From Lama glama (Eukaryota): a stretch of 64,000 nucleotides of DNA. How positions within the stretch are numbered: position 1 is the first letter of the stretch; each line of letters opens with the position of its first letter. The position numbers and the translations under genes were made by a program. The notes under the pieces are model-generated. The model worked only from the letters and a program-made list of their open reading frames with translations. It was not told the origin of the DNA and did no database searches. Below, in pieces: positions 1 through 13,175 of the stretch. The stretch lies in assembly GCA_028534125.1 (NCBI GenBank), contig CM052816.1, positions 5,706,001 to 5,770,000 on the forward strand, written 5' to 3'.

Positions 1-2444
1 AAAGTTTTCTCTAAGAGTCTCTTTTTATTGTTTTAGTGTCTGTAAGCTCTGTGGTGACAAGACCTTTTTCATACCCACTGCCGGTGATTTCTGTTCTCTT
101 TTTCCCCCTTGGTTATTCTGGTTAGGTGTTTGTCAGTTTTGCTTATCTTTTCAGGAAAAGAGCTTTTGGTTTTGGCAATTTTCTCTTTTCTATGACTTCA
201 CAAATTATGTTGATTAATATGTCTGCTTACTTTGGATTTTGCTGTTTTTTTAAAGGTGAAACTTTGGTCATTGATTTTAGACTTTTCTTCTTTTTTTGTA
301 TAACCATTTAAAAATACAAGTCTTTCTTTAAATACTGCTTTAATTGCACTCCACACATTTTGATATGTTGGATTTTTATTTTCTTTCAGTTTAGAAATAT
401 TTAAAAGTTACTTTTATGGTTTCTTCTTTGACCTTTGAATAACTTAGAGGGATGTTTAATTTCTAAGTATTTGGGAATTCTCTAGATATCGCATAATTAA
501 TGGCTTCTAAATTAATTCTACTGGACTAAGAGAACATATTTTGTGTAATTTTAGCCCTCTCTGATGTCACCCCAAATATCATCTGTCTTGGTGATTATTC
601 CATGTGCATTTAAAAAGTATGAGTTCTTCAGTGTGGGATGTATGTATGGTCCCACAAATATCAGTTAGTTTAAATCAACTGTGTGGTGTATATTTACTAG
701 AGTGCATCCTTGTTAATATTTTGGCATACTTATTCTATCAGTTCCTGAGACTTGGGTATTAATATCTCCTACTATGATTGTGACTTGGCCTAATTCCTTT
801 TATTATTTTTAATTTTTGTTTCAAAGATACTGGAAGTTTATCATTAGGAGGATATACATGTACGACTGTTAAGTCTTCTTGGTGAATTGACCCTTTGCCT
901 CTGTGAAATGTACATGCTCATCTCTGTGAATACTCCCTGTCATAGAGTCTGTGTGACATTGATACAACCCACATAAGTTTCCTTATGCTTACCCTTTGCA
1001 TGGTGCATTTTCCTTTTTTTAATTTTCAACTTGTTTATATTTTGTATTTAAAATGAGTGGAAATGGTTCTCACTTTTTGTCCAGTCTAGTAATTTCTACC
1101 ACTTATTTAGAGTATTCAATAATGCATATGTTTGATGTAATTGTCAGTATGGATAGATTTTAATCTATCATTTTGTTATTTCTTGTCTGTTTTATCCTCT
1201 GTTCTTTGTTTTTCCTTTCCCATCTTTTGTGTTGAATAAAGTTATTATGGTCTATCTTGTGTCTTTTAAAAGATCTAACTCTTTGTATTGTATTTGTAAT
1301 GTTTGCTAAAGGGATTACAGTATTTCCTTAATGTATCACGGTGTAATTTGAATTGATATTATACCACTTTGCATTCAATATAAGAACTTTCCAAGAGGTT
1401 ACTTCCATTTACATTCCTTCCTATCTCAAGTTTTTTTATTGTCATATATTTCCTCATACATATGTTACAATCCCCATGATACATTGTCAGTGCCCACCAT
1501 TTAGAGCCAAAGACTTTTACAATATTTAAGAAAATAAACAAGAACAACCTTTTAAAATTACTTATGTATTGACCATTTCCAGTCTTCTTTATTCTTCCCT
1601 ATAGATCAATGTTTTCATCTGGTATCATTTCCTTTCAGCCTGCAGAACTTCCTTCAGCATTTCTTTTAGTGTGAGTGTGTTAACTTCAGATCCTTTCAGT
1701 TTTCATGTATTACAAAATGTCTTTATTTAACTCTGATTTTTGAAAGTGGGATATCGAATATGTTTGACAGTCTTCTTTTCCAGGACTTTGAAGATGTCTC
1801 TCCAATATAATCTGGTCTCCATATTTCTGTGAGAAGTCAGCTGTCACTTGTATCATTATCCCCTTGTGTGTTATGTGTCTATGTACTCTGGCTGTTCAAG
1901 ATGATTTCTTTATCTTTGGTTTTCGGGCATTTGTTTATGATAGACCTATCGTTTAAAAAGTCCTGCTTGAGTTTTACTGAGTTGCCTGGATATGTGGAAT
2001 GCTGTTTATGTTAATTTTGGGAAAATTTCAGCTATTGTTTAGACAGATTTTTTTCCTACCCTAATCTCTCTTTCCTCTTCTGAGATTCTGATTATGTCAT
2101 TTGGTAATGTCCAAAGATCATCAAGTATCATCAAATTTTCTTTCAAAATAATTTCTCTCTTTGCTTCAGTTTGGATGATTTCCACTGAACTTACTTCAAA
2201 TTTATGAATCTTTTCTACTGTACTGTCTAATCTGCTATTAATTTCATCCAAATACATTTTTACTTCTGATAATCATGTTTTTCACCTGTGAAATATCTAT
2301 TTGTTTCTTTTTTAGAGTTTATGTATCTCTACTGAAATTCCCCAACTTTTGACTCATTAATCTATCTTATCCTGTAAATATTTAAAACATTTATCATGTT
2401 TATTTTAAAACATCTCTTAATCTGCTGATTTTTTTATCTAGGTC

Positions 2445-3171
2445 TGTAATAGTTAATTGTATGTGTCAACTTGACTGGGTCAAGGCTTCCCAAATATTTG
2501 ATCAAATGCTATTCTGTGTGTTTCTGTGAGGGTATTTGTAGATGAAATTAAGCTTTAGGTCTGTAGACTTGAGTAAAGCAAACTGCCCTCCCTCGTTGGT
2601 AAGCCGTATGTGATCAGCTGAAGCCTTGAGTAGAACGAAAAGGTTGATTCTCAGTGGAGTAAGAGAGAATTCCTCCTGGCCTTCAAACTGGGACATCAGC
2701 TTCTTTCTTGCCTTCAGATTTTTACTGCAACATTGACTCTTCCTGGGTCTCAAGTCTGATGTTCTTTGGGCTGAAACTAACTATTGGCACTCATGGGTCT
2801 CCTGCTTGCTGACTCACCCTGCAGATCTCAGGACTTCGCAACTTCCATAATTGTGTGAGCCTTTTCTTTATCTACCTATCCATTTAATTTATTTAATTTA
2901 TTTCTATATCATATAATATATAAATGTAACAAATCTCTCTCTATATATACATATATGTATATATGTATGTATTTATATATCATATCTCCTTGGTTCTTTA
3001 AGAGTTTTTTCTTTCTTTCTTTTAATTTTTTTATTGTTCTTTTTTTTTTTTTTAAATGAAGGTACTGGGGATTGAACCCAGGACCTCATGCATGTTAAGC
3101 AGGCACTCTACCACTGAGCTATACCCATCTGCTCCTTGGTTCTTTTTCTCCAGAGAACTCTGACTAATACA
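2445..3171 (+). mobile_element. MLT2-type (ERVL) solo LTR
   Basis: Typical start tgtaatagttaattgtatgtgtcaacttgactggg and end ttggttct...cagagaactctgactaataca. An internal (TA)n tract lies at ~2910-2985. Confidence 0.8.
3000..3131 (-). mobile_element. tRNA-Ala-derived SINE (camelid vic-1 type)
   Basis: Minus strand reads gggtatagctcagtggtagagtgcctgcttaacatgcatgaggtcctgggttcaatccccagtacc plus an A-rich tail. A 14-bp TSD ctccttggttcttt is at 2986-2999 and 3132-3145. Confidence 0.85.
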
Positions 3172-4439
3172 GGGTAATTTGTGAATTTCTTTCTACTGAC
3201 TAATTTTTCCCTTGACCACATGTCACTTTTTCCAGTTTCATCTCGTATGTAATAATTTTATTATTGTGTTCTGGGTATTTTGTACAATATGCTTTAGAGA
3301 GTCTATATTCTGTTACCTTTCTCTGAAGAGAATTGAATTTTATTTGAACAGGGAGTTAAATTATTAGTGAAGCACCTGGTCCTTTTCAAGGCTTAATTTT
3401 ATGCTTTGTTTGAGTGGGTCTATTTTGGATTTATACTTAGTCCTAGGGTGAATTCCTTAGTGTTGGGAAGTAGTCTTTTCCCCTAAGGCATGGCTTTTCT
3501 GGAGTTCAGTGGAAAGTTTGAGATGTTTACCAAGACCCCGTAACTTGGTAGAACTTGAATTCCAAACACTGTCTGTCCTGTGGCAGGATGCTGCTGTTGC
3601 CCACGTTTCTGTTCCCTCTTTCAGCCTTCCAGTTTTTGCTTTCCTCTTTAGCTCCTAAGAGCCTCATTCCGTGAATACACAGTTCAGAAATCAGCCAAGA
3701 ATTTGAAGAGTTTCTATTCAGATTTTGAGGGTTCATTCCTCTTTGGCTCCTTCCCTTTCTCGATTTCCTCCTTAATTTCTAGACACTCTGTCAACCTTAA
3801 ACTCTTTCCTCCAACACTTCAGGCCGATAAAATGGGAGTTTTTTTGCCTGAACTCTATCCACCAAAAATTTTACCACATGGACTGGAGAATTCCTTCACA
3901 GTAAAGTGCAAGTAATTGTAGCTCTCAACCACGGAGGGCCCCTTCTTTCAAGGTTTGAATTCCCTTCAGTTTCTGTTTGCTTTTACTGCCTCTCTTGAGT
4001 CTTCAAACAGCTGTTTTAAAATACTTTTCCCAAGTTAGTAATTATTACAGCTGGAGTTCAGTCTCTGCCACTATTGGAAGCCAGAAGTCCCTGGGCATTG
4101 GTTTAATTGTACAGTGCCTTATGGCAAGGTATTTTCACCTCTCTCTGCCTCAGTTTCTCCTCCCGATTGTTGGGAGTATTAAACAAGGTCAGGAATAAAA
4201 ATGACAGAGTCCAGCACATAATAAACCCTCAGGAAACTTGGGCCATGTTATACAGCTAGAGTTTGAATCCAGTCTGGCTGCAGAGCCTTCATCATTGTGC
4301 TGTGTTGTCCACACCTGCAAATGTGGTACACGATGTTCAGTGGGTTTGGACTGTCCTGTTTCACAGACAGGACATAGAGGCCCTATGAGGGGAAGGGGCA
4401 GAGGCCAATTCTATAGAAGTAGGCAGTTAAAAGGGAACT

Positions 4440-4652
4440 TTAGAGCCGGGCTTCTTACCTTGGGGTTCATGAACACATGTAGGTACAATGAGTGGATTTC
4501 AGGCAGGTCTCGTCTTCTTGAATCTGAATTATGAAGTGTGTGTGTGTGTCTATGTGTATACGCATGTGCATTTTTCCCAAGATGGGGGTTTATATGCTTC
4601 CATCAGATTCTCAGAGAGGTCTGTGACTCCAAAACGCAAGAAGCATGGTTAT
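4440..4652. mobile_element. hAT-Charlie-type MITE remnant
   Basis: Ends in cttccatcagattctcagagaggtctgtgactccaaaa...gaagcatggt, which resembles hAT MITE termini. Subfamily uncertain. Confidence 0.4.
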
Positions 4653-4884
4653 TCTGAACACTTTTGGGACCCTATTGATAACCTGATCTAAGTTATGGAC
4701 ACCCTTCCAGGAAAAAAATACCTTTGAGATCATTAGATGTGATCATATTCTATAAAAGAGGGAGTAGAGGCTCAGAGAAAAAGAATGATACACCCAGGGG
4801 TGGGTGGAGTAGTGGTAGTACTGATGATGTGAAGATGATTCACTGAGTACATAATACATTCAGGGAGCTGCCCTAAGCACTTTA

Positions 4885-6270
4885 TTTAATTTATTTTTTG
4901 AGGGTTTTTTTAAATTGAGTTATAGTCATTTTACAATGTTGTGTCAAATTCCACTGTAGAGCACAATTTTTCAGTTATACATATATTCCTTGTCACATTT
5001 TTTTGTTTCACTGTGAGCTACCACAAGATCTTGTATATATTTCCCTGTGCTATACAGTATAATCTTGTTTATCTATTCTGCATGTGCCTGTCAGTATCCA
5101 CAAATTTTGAAATCCCAGTCTGTCCCTTCCCACCCCCTGCCTCCTTGGCAGCCACAAGTTTGTATTCTTTGTCTATGAGTCTGCTTCTGTTTTGTATTCA
5201 TGGTCTTTTTTTTTCCCCTCAATTCCCCATATAAACGATCTCATATGGTATTTTTCTTTCTCTTTCTGGCTTACTTCACTTAGAATGACAATCTCCAAGA
5301 ACATCCATGTTGCTGCAAATGGCGTTATGTTGTTGGTTTTTATGGCTGAGTNNNNNNNNNNNNNNNNNNNNNNNNNNNNNNNNNNNNNNNNNNNNNNNNN
5401 NNNNNNNNNNNNNNNNNNNNNNNNNNNNNNNNNNNNNNNNNNNNNNNNNNNAATATACCACCTCTTCTTTATCCAGTCATCTGTGGGACATTTAGGCTGT
5501 TTCCATGTCTTGGCTATTGTAAATAGTGCTGCTATGAACATTGGGGTACAGGTGTCATTTTGAAGTAGGGTTCCTTCTGTATATATGCCCAGGAGCGGGA
5601 TTCCTGGGTCATATGGTAAGTCTATTCCTGGTCTTTTGAGGAATCTCCATACTGTTTTCCACAGTGGCTGTACCAAACTGCATTCCCACCAGCAGTGTAG
5701 GAGGGTTCCCTTTTCTCCACAGCCTCTCCAGCATTTGTCATTTGTGGGCTTTTGAATGATGGCCATTCTGACTGGTGTGAGCTGATACGTCATTGTAGTT
5801 TTGATTTGCATTTCTCTGATAATTAGTGATCTAGAGCATTTTTTTTATGTGCCTATTGATCATTTGCATTTCTTTCTTGGAGAATTGTTTGTTTAGGTCT
5901 TCTGCCCATTTTTGGATTGGGTTGTTTGTTTTATTCTTATTAAGTCATGTGAGCCGCTTATATTTTCTGGAGATCAAGCCTTCATCGCTTTCATCGTTTG
6001 CAAAAATTTTCTCCCATTCTGTAGGTTGTCAGTTTGTTTTACTTATGGTTTCCTTTGCTGTGCAAAAGCTTGGAAGTTTAATTAGGTCCCATTTGTTTAT
6101 TCTTGCTTTTATTTCTATTGCTTGGGTAGATTGCCTTAGGAGAACATTTTTGAGATGTATGTCAGATAATGTTTTGCCTATATTTTCTTCTAGGAGGTTT
6201 ATTGTATCTTGTCTTATATTTAAGTCTTTGATCCATTTTCAGTTTATTTTTGTGTATGGTGTAAGGGAGT
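4885..6270 (-). mobile_element. Young 5'-truncated L1 (ORF2 C-terminus and 3'UTR)
   Basis: ORF 5173..5811 matches the L1 ORF2p C-terminal Cys-rich region ([18 protein letters not shown]...[21 protein letters not shown]). An 8-bp TSD gcacttta is at 4877-4884 and 6271-6278. Confidence 0.92.
5352..5451. other. Assembly gap (100 N)
   Basis: A run of exactly 100 N inside the L1. Confidence 1.
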
Positions 6271-6327
6271 GCACTTTACATGGATTGTCTCATATAATTA
6301 TCATATCAACCCTGTGAGGAAATTACA

Positions 6328-7180
6328 GTTTATTTTATTTTTCAGCTTTATTGAGGTATAATTGACAAATTAAATCATAAGATATTTAAAATGTACAGCA
6401 TGATGATTTGATATACATATACATTGTGAAAGAATCCCCCTCACTGAGTTAACTGATACATCCATTACCTCACATATTCACCTTTCTCTGGGGAGGAGTG
6501 AGAACTTTAAGCTCTACTCTCAGTGAATTTCAATTATACAGTAGAGTGATATCAACTGTAGTCACCGTGTTGTACATTAGATCCTCAAACCTTATTCATT
6601 TTATAACTGAAAGTTTGTTTTCTTTTACAGAATTTCACTATGTCCTCCAACCACAGCTCTGGCAACCATTTTTCCAGTCTCTGTTTCTGAGTGTGACTTT
6701 TTTTTTTAAGATTCCACATATAATTGATACCATGCAGTATTTGTCTTTCTGTTTGGCTTATTTCACTTAGCATAATGCCCTCCAGTTTCATCCATGTTGT
6801 CAGAAATTACAGGATCTCCTTCTTTTCTAAGGCTGAATAATATTCCACTGTGTATATGTGTATGTGTGTATGTGTGTGTATATATATGTCATTTACACAT
6901 GTATGGTACGTATGTATCACGTCTTCTTTATCCATTCATCTGTCAATGGACACTTAGGCTGTTTGCATACTCGGCTATTGTAAATAATACTGCAGTGAAC
7001 ATGAGAGTGCAGTTATTTCTTTGAGATAATGGCTTTGTTTCCTTTAGATATATACCCAGGAGTGGAATTGCTGGATCATAAGGTAGTTCTGTTTTTAGTT
7101 TCTTGAGAAATCTCCATAGTGGTTGCACCAATTTACATTCCCACCAATGGTGCACGAGGGCTCCCTTTTCCCCACATCTG
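6328..7180 (-). mobile_element. Older L1 3' end (L1MA/MB-like)
   Basis: ORFs 6943..7155 and 6585..6791 are frameshifted ORF2p C-terminal pieces ([13 protein letters not shown]..., LEGIMLSEISQ). A typical 3'UTR start ctttattgaggtataattgaca is present. Confidence 0.85.
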
Positions 7181-9109
7181 CATTAACTTCATTTTATCAA
7201 TGAAGAAACCAAGGTACATAGAGTTTAAGTAACTTGCTCCAATATCACACAGCTAGGAAGTGACTGAGACGGTGATAGAGCCCAATTCTCTTGACTTCTA
7301 TCCTGAGACTCTGGTCATAACACACAACAGAAGGAAGCTGGCCCCTGTCCCCTGGAAGCTGCCCCTGCTGATAGCTCACTCGTAGAAGGTGGCATCACTG
7401 GTATCGGTATGAGACACTGGCAAGGTATATCACTGAAGGCCCCATGGGTGGTGAAAATGCCCTCACCTGGGAGGTAGCTTCCCAGTCACTACTTGCGGTG
7501 ACACTTACAGATGGGACACATCTTCTTAACAAATAAGACTCTAATGAATTAGGTCTTATCTAATTATGCATTCTGCATTAAGCCATGCCTTTCCCTGCCT
7601 GATGCTGCCGACATAATTAAACTTAATGTATTTTTAACGATGTCTTCTTAACTCAGCATTCACATGCAATTAGCATCAAACAGGGATGAGCTGTCTCAGG
7701 TCCAGGGGCTGTTCTCCACCATGCCCCCGTAAGACTCAGGTTCAGATATGAGTGAATCATAGACTTCAAGGTTTGCCGAAGGGTAAGGATGACTTGTAAT
7801 GCTAGTCATCCTAATTTGAGCAGCAAGATGGCACTCTCTTCTAGTTTGGCTTCAATTCCAGGTCTCACGTCTCTGAAACCATGTGTATGTGTTGTATATT
7901 TTGTTTTGTTTTGGACCTGAATTATTGGCTGGCTAGAGGTAAAGAAAAGGCCAGGAAAACAATGTGTGAGGAATGGAGCCTTGTACTGGGAGTAAAGATA
8001 CCTGGGTTCTGGCAAGTAACATCCCCTGTTTGAACTTTAATTTCCTTATCTGTAAAAGGTGAGGACTAAACTAGATAATATTTATGATTCCCCTCCACTC
8101 TGGGGATTATTGTTTAAATATGGTCTCTCTGCTGCTGACCTCTCCTTACCTCCAGTCCATCCTCTTTACGACTTCTAGTAACTTCCAAACATGATCTGAA
8201 TCACTCCCCTCATTAGAAACTCCCGTAACAGTGGAACTACCAGTATTTATTATTTACAGTGCAATAGACGTTTATATTTCTTATCTCACCTCATCTTCAA
8301 CAGCCCAGTGAAGTTTGGAATTTTGTCATTTTTACTCACGAGGGGACCGTGATTTGGATGAAAAGATTTTCTCAGCTCAAACAGTTGGGAAGTGGTGAGG
8401 ACCAGCATGTACTTGTCCACAATCCGTGGCCCTTCCGGCAGGTTTGCTGTGGCCAGCAGAAGCAGTTGGAGGCCTAGGCAGGCATGCATAGCCCTCGCGA
8501 TCTTGTCCCAGTTTGGTATTTCTAACCTCATCTCTCCTCTCTCACACTGTTTGTTGCCTCTTCCTCCACCACTCATCAGTGCCAGTCCTTTCACAGCTAC
8601 TCAAATGTATCCTGATACTCAACCCGTGTGTTTTCGCTCAGACTTTCCCCTCTGCTTGTTTTACCCTCCTTCCCTGTATCACCCCATCACAGCTTCAAGG
8701 ACCCGTCAGCATGTTTCCTTCCCCATGTTTTTTAAGCACTTTATTTCTACCGCTAACCCAGGAAAGGCTTTGACGTGCCATAACTGAGTTATTCATGTGT
8801 ATCTCAATTCCCTAGCTTGATTGTGAACTGCAGAGGATAAGGGATGTTTATTATGCCTCTCTTCTTCCTCTCCTGCACCTGATGTGTAATTCTGTGCTTA
8901 TCCATAGTTGACTCTGATGCAAGGGTGAGAGTCAACATACTTAGCAACTGGTATGGTATGTGAACTGACCCAAGGGAATGGACTCTGGCTGTACTCGTGT
9001 GTACATGTGGAACAACAACCATTCCCTGGTGTGCGTACAGGGAATTGAAACGGCCATTGGAAGGGCTGCTAAATGCATTCCTTGTTAGTTCCCTCCCACT
9101 CTACTGCCT

Positions 9110-9608
9110 CCAGAATGATCTCCTGCATGCCCTGCTCCAGGTGGTCTCCCTTCCAGTATGCTTCCTCTGATCTCACTTCCACTTCACTTACCATGTTCTA
9201 GACCTCTGTTTCCATCCTCGGACCCTTCGCCTCACTCCAGCCTCAGGAGCTATGTTCTCTTTGTCCTCTGGCATATGTGGCCTCTTCTCATGGCTGGCTC
9301 CCTGACATTGGTCAGCTCTCTGCTCAGACATCATCTTAGAGGGGCTCCCTCACCGTCCTGCTAAAAATCCTCTCTGTCTCCCTCCACCCAGTCTCTCACA
9401 CCACTCTGATTATGTCTTCCAGAGCACCCATTACAGTTTTTTGTTTACCTATTGGCTTCGTTATTAATGTTCTATTCCTTACCGGAATGTGTGTTCCACG
9501 TGTGGACCTTTGCTGTTTTGCTCACAGCTGTATCTCCAGTTGGTACATAGTAGGTACTCAACAAACTCAATTATCTGTTGAATAAATAAACGAATGTGAA
9601 TGAATGAA
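9110..9608 (+). mobile_element. L2 3' end
   Basis: ctcacagctgtatctccag...tagtaggtactcaacaaa...gttgaataaataaacgaatgtgaatgaatgaa is a typical L2 tail. Confidence 0.6.
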
Positions 9609-10719
9609 TATCACAGGAAACCTCTTTCATTTGAAAGGAGTTAGTACTGCCATGCACGGGCTAGGCGTGTTGCTGGGCACGGGAGCATGTAGGGATGAGT
9701 CAGGAGTCAGGAGTCTAATCTCGGGAGGTGCTTTTGTTGCAGGTAAACCCTTCCAGTGGCACCAGTGCTGGGACATTTTTTTCCTGGGAGGAGGCACAGG
9801 TACTCTAGCTGTAAGTGGGGATTTGGGGGGACTGGGCCTCTTCCATCAGCTAGTGTCCTCGGGTTTACTCTCTGTATGGCTCTGCACCCTGCTGTGAGAC
9901 TGCTTCATTCTTCCTCTCCCAAGGGCAACCCCTCCTCACCTCTGCGCTCTTCTCCTTCCTCCATGAACCCATCTGGCATGTGGCTTGGCCTTGTCGTGGT
10001 TCTGTCTCAGCTCTGATGCCTCCTTTCCTGGTCTTGCTCTCCTAGCAAGTCTCTCATTTTCTTACATTCCCTCGTCCTCCTTCCCGAGGCACAGACAAGG
10101 ATTGGTTCAGTCCCTCTCTCGATGCCAGACCACAGGAGGTTGCCAGCTAGCCTTGGGAGTGCTTTTACTTGCATCAAGTGCAGCTTCTTGGACAGCAGAG
10201 GCTGTGGGCGGGACAGTCAGCTTAGTAGTAGTGGGGCAGATGGTACTTGACATCCCCAGAGGAGCATTCATTAATATAAGACAGGCACAAAATAACTAGA
10301 TTACACAGTAAAGCAGAAGGATTCCATATGAATGACACAGTGGTATTGGGAATCAGAAAAGGGAAAGATGACTTCTAGCCTGAATGGGGTCATTGATTCG
10401 TTTTCCCTCTTTAAAAAGAACAGTTTTCATGAATCCTAAATAAGAAGCTTCTTGGAAGTATCAAAGAGAAGACAGGAAAAATGGGTTATGAGATACATAC
10501 GCAGGGACCACATCTAAGTCCAAAGTTCTTTTTCTCTTTTATCGGGAGTTCACATTTTGATGCATAAGCTGGGACTTTACTTAAATGCATTTGTCCTACA
10601 TATTTTCAAAAGGCAACTGTGACTATTGCATAGACTGTTTAGTTTCAAGGACTTTAAAGAAATGCTGTGGTTTTCCATTGTGTGTTCTAAAAGAAAGCTG
10701 GATTTGAGTTTGGGAGTTG

Positions 10720-11070
10720 TCATTACTTAGGGCATGCCAGATCTTAGTAGCAAACAGATTCAAATGTGTATGGGCCAACAAAATAGAAATTGATTGGCTC
10801 ACATAACAGTCAGAAGTTCTGATGGGTGGGATGTGTGAGGTAGCTACTCCATGTAGCCAACCAGTCGTTAGCTATATAAGAAAAAAAAGCCTGGAGTGCT
10901 ATCCATGGGACTTTTAACGAGTCACACCTGGAAGTGGCATAAGTCCTTCTGCTCATCTTTCATTTACTAAGCTCAATCACATGGCCACATGCGAGGAATG
11001 GTGGGAAATGTAGCCTACATGCCTAGGAAGAAGAGAAAATGGATTTGGGTCAGCAGCGTTTAGTCTCTGC
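10720..11070 (-). mobile_element. MLT1 (MaLR) LTR remnant
   Basis: Contains MLT1-like motifs ttggctcacataac, tcacatggccaca and gggaaatgtagcct. Confidence 0.45.
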
Positions 11071-12175
11071 CATATTTTTCAAAAGAAGAAATCTAGAAAT
11101 TAAGAAGCAGTCTAAAAGATTTTGCAGTTTTCTAAAACAGGAGAAACGCTACTGCAAAGTATAACTACTTATTTTGGACACCTTCATATAGCTTATTTTC
11201 ATTTTCTCTTTCAAGTTTAAATCTAAGAATTTGAGAGGAAGGACCCTGAAATTCTATGGCCTTAATTTATAGATGAGGTCCAGGGAGGTTTTCTCAGAAT
11301 ACTTCAATCTCTTGCTTGACTCTGTCATCTTACTCTCAGTACAGAAGGAGCATTTTGTTGGAGAAACACTAGGATCTGTGTTTAGAAGTTAAAAAAAAAA
11401 ACCCCGCAAATTCGATAACTATTGAGAATCATAGTCTATTTGGAAGTAGATGCAAAGCGACCTTCACGTCTGAGTTTCTCCTGCAGCATCTTGAATCTGA
11501 GTTCCATTCCTTGGGGACACTTAAAACAAGTCTATTCCCTGTTTTATCTCACACCCCTGGGACAGTGTCATGGTTCTCAGGCAGTTTGCTCTGGAGTTCT
11601 AGGGTTTCTGGGGTCATCTTCTTGGGCTAGGAGGAGAGCTGAGCCAGGGTCATGTTCTGACTTCCATGGGCCTTTTCCTTCATAAAAATATTAAAAATTA
11701 TACTTTATGACTGTATTGGTATACAGATGAGTATATTATTATATAACAGAACATTTTATTTGACCTGAAAGTACATTTTTTTCCTCGGATTTTAAAAGAA
11801 ATGAAAAACATTTTTGTGAGTTCCTCAAAGTATAGTGGGCCCTGGGCATTGCATCCACTAGTCTAGTGGATAAGTTGATCCTGGGCTGAACTTCCCCATT
11901 CCCCCTGTCAGAGATGTTAAAAAAATTGCTGAGGTAGAGTACCTCCAGATCATAGATGAGGAGACTTAGTGACTTACAAGGACATTTGGTGCATAAGTGA
12001 CAGAGCCTGGGCCACTCTTTCCACATCCCATGCCATTCCCACTCATCCATCCATTCATTTACTCACACATTCCGTATTTGGTGAGACCTGTATGACATCA
12101 GGTGCCCTCCCCCACAGCGTCCCCAACCACACTTGGTCCTTACGGCGGGAGGTAAAGATACGTTATGTTCATTCT

Positions 12176-12316
12176 TGGTTTTGTTGTTTTTTTTTTTGCT
12201 TTTCATAGTCTTTGTTGTTGTTGTTTTAAATTGGAGTATAGTCAGTTACGCTGTGTCAGTTTCTGGTGTCCAGCATAATGCTTCAGTCATACATATACAT
12301 ACATATATTCGTTTTC
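12176..12316 (-). mobile_element. Very short L1 3'-end insertion
   Basis: T-rich tail followed by ttggagtatagtcagttac...gtttctggtgtccagcat. An 11-bp TSD atgttcattct is at 12165-12175 and 12317-12327. Confidence 0.75.
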
Positions 12317-12731
12317 ATGTTCATTCTGCAGATGTGCCATCTTGGCCTCAGAAGGCTGGGCGTGGGGTTTCTCCATCCTCTTCTTGCTACAGAGAACAAG
12401 AGTGCAAGCTCTGTTATGCCCCCTCCCTGGTCCCAGCTTCTCCTTGAGTCTGGTGTAATGAACAGCTTTTACCTTTTAAAGATCTTGAATATTTACAGTT
12501 CATGACAAAGTTCAATTTCTGTCTCAACCTATCAATAAAATGTAAAAGAAGGATCTGGGACAGAGTCATTGCCACCTGTTCACTTTACAAATAGCTCCCA
12601 TGTTGGGCTGGCACATATGTATCATGTCCCGTGACACTGGAACTGCTGTTACCCTACTTTACAGATGGAGAAACTGAGGCTTGGTGAGGCTGCAGAGTTT
12701 GAGCCCAGTCTGGCTCCAGCTCTCTCTTCTT

Positions 12732-13175
12732 TTCTTGGGGGGAGGTGAAATTCTTCTTTTTTTAATTTTATTTTTTATTGGAGTGTAGTTGATTTACAAT
12801 GTTAGTTTCAGGTGTACAGCAAAGTGATTCAGTTATACATATACATACATATATATTTTCTTTTCAGATGCTTTTTCATTATAGGTTATTATAAGAAATT
12901 GAATGTAGTTCCCTGTGCTGTACATTAGGACCTTGTTGTCTATCTATTTTGTATATAGTAATGTGTATCTGTTAATCCCAACCCCTACTTTAACCCTTTT
13001 CCCTTTGGTAGCCATAGTTTGTTTTCTATGTCCCTGAATCTCTTGTTGGTTTGTAAATAGAATTTGTATCATTTTCCTTTAGATTCCACATAGAAGTGAT
13101 AACACGATACTTGTCTTTCTCTGTCTGACTTTTCTTCACTTAATAAGATCATCTCTAGGTCCATCCTTGTTGTCG
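12732..13175 (-). mobile_element. L1 3'UTR fragment
   Basis: ttggagtgtagttgatttacaatgtt...catctctaggtccatcc. A 14-bp TSD agct(c/g)tctcttctt is at 12718-12731 and 13176-13189. Confidence 0.8.

Larger units (their letters stand above)
1..4080 (-). mobile_element. Old, degenerate L1 (L1M-type) covering the 5'/ORF1/ORF2-start region, interrupted by an MLT2 LTR
   Basis: The + strand is strongly T-rich. ORF 2039..2257 (DEINSRLDSTVEKIHKFEVSSVEIIQTEAKRE) resembles the L1 ORF1p coiled coil. The right boundary is approximate. Confidence 0.7.

Noticed and set aside
3058..3128. Functional tRNA-Ala gene (also the copy at ~56955-57034)
   Set aside because: An A-rich tail, a TSD and substitutions in the stems and anticodon region mark these as SINE copies.
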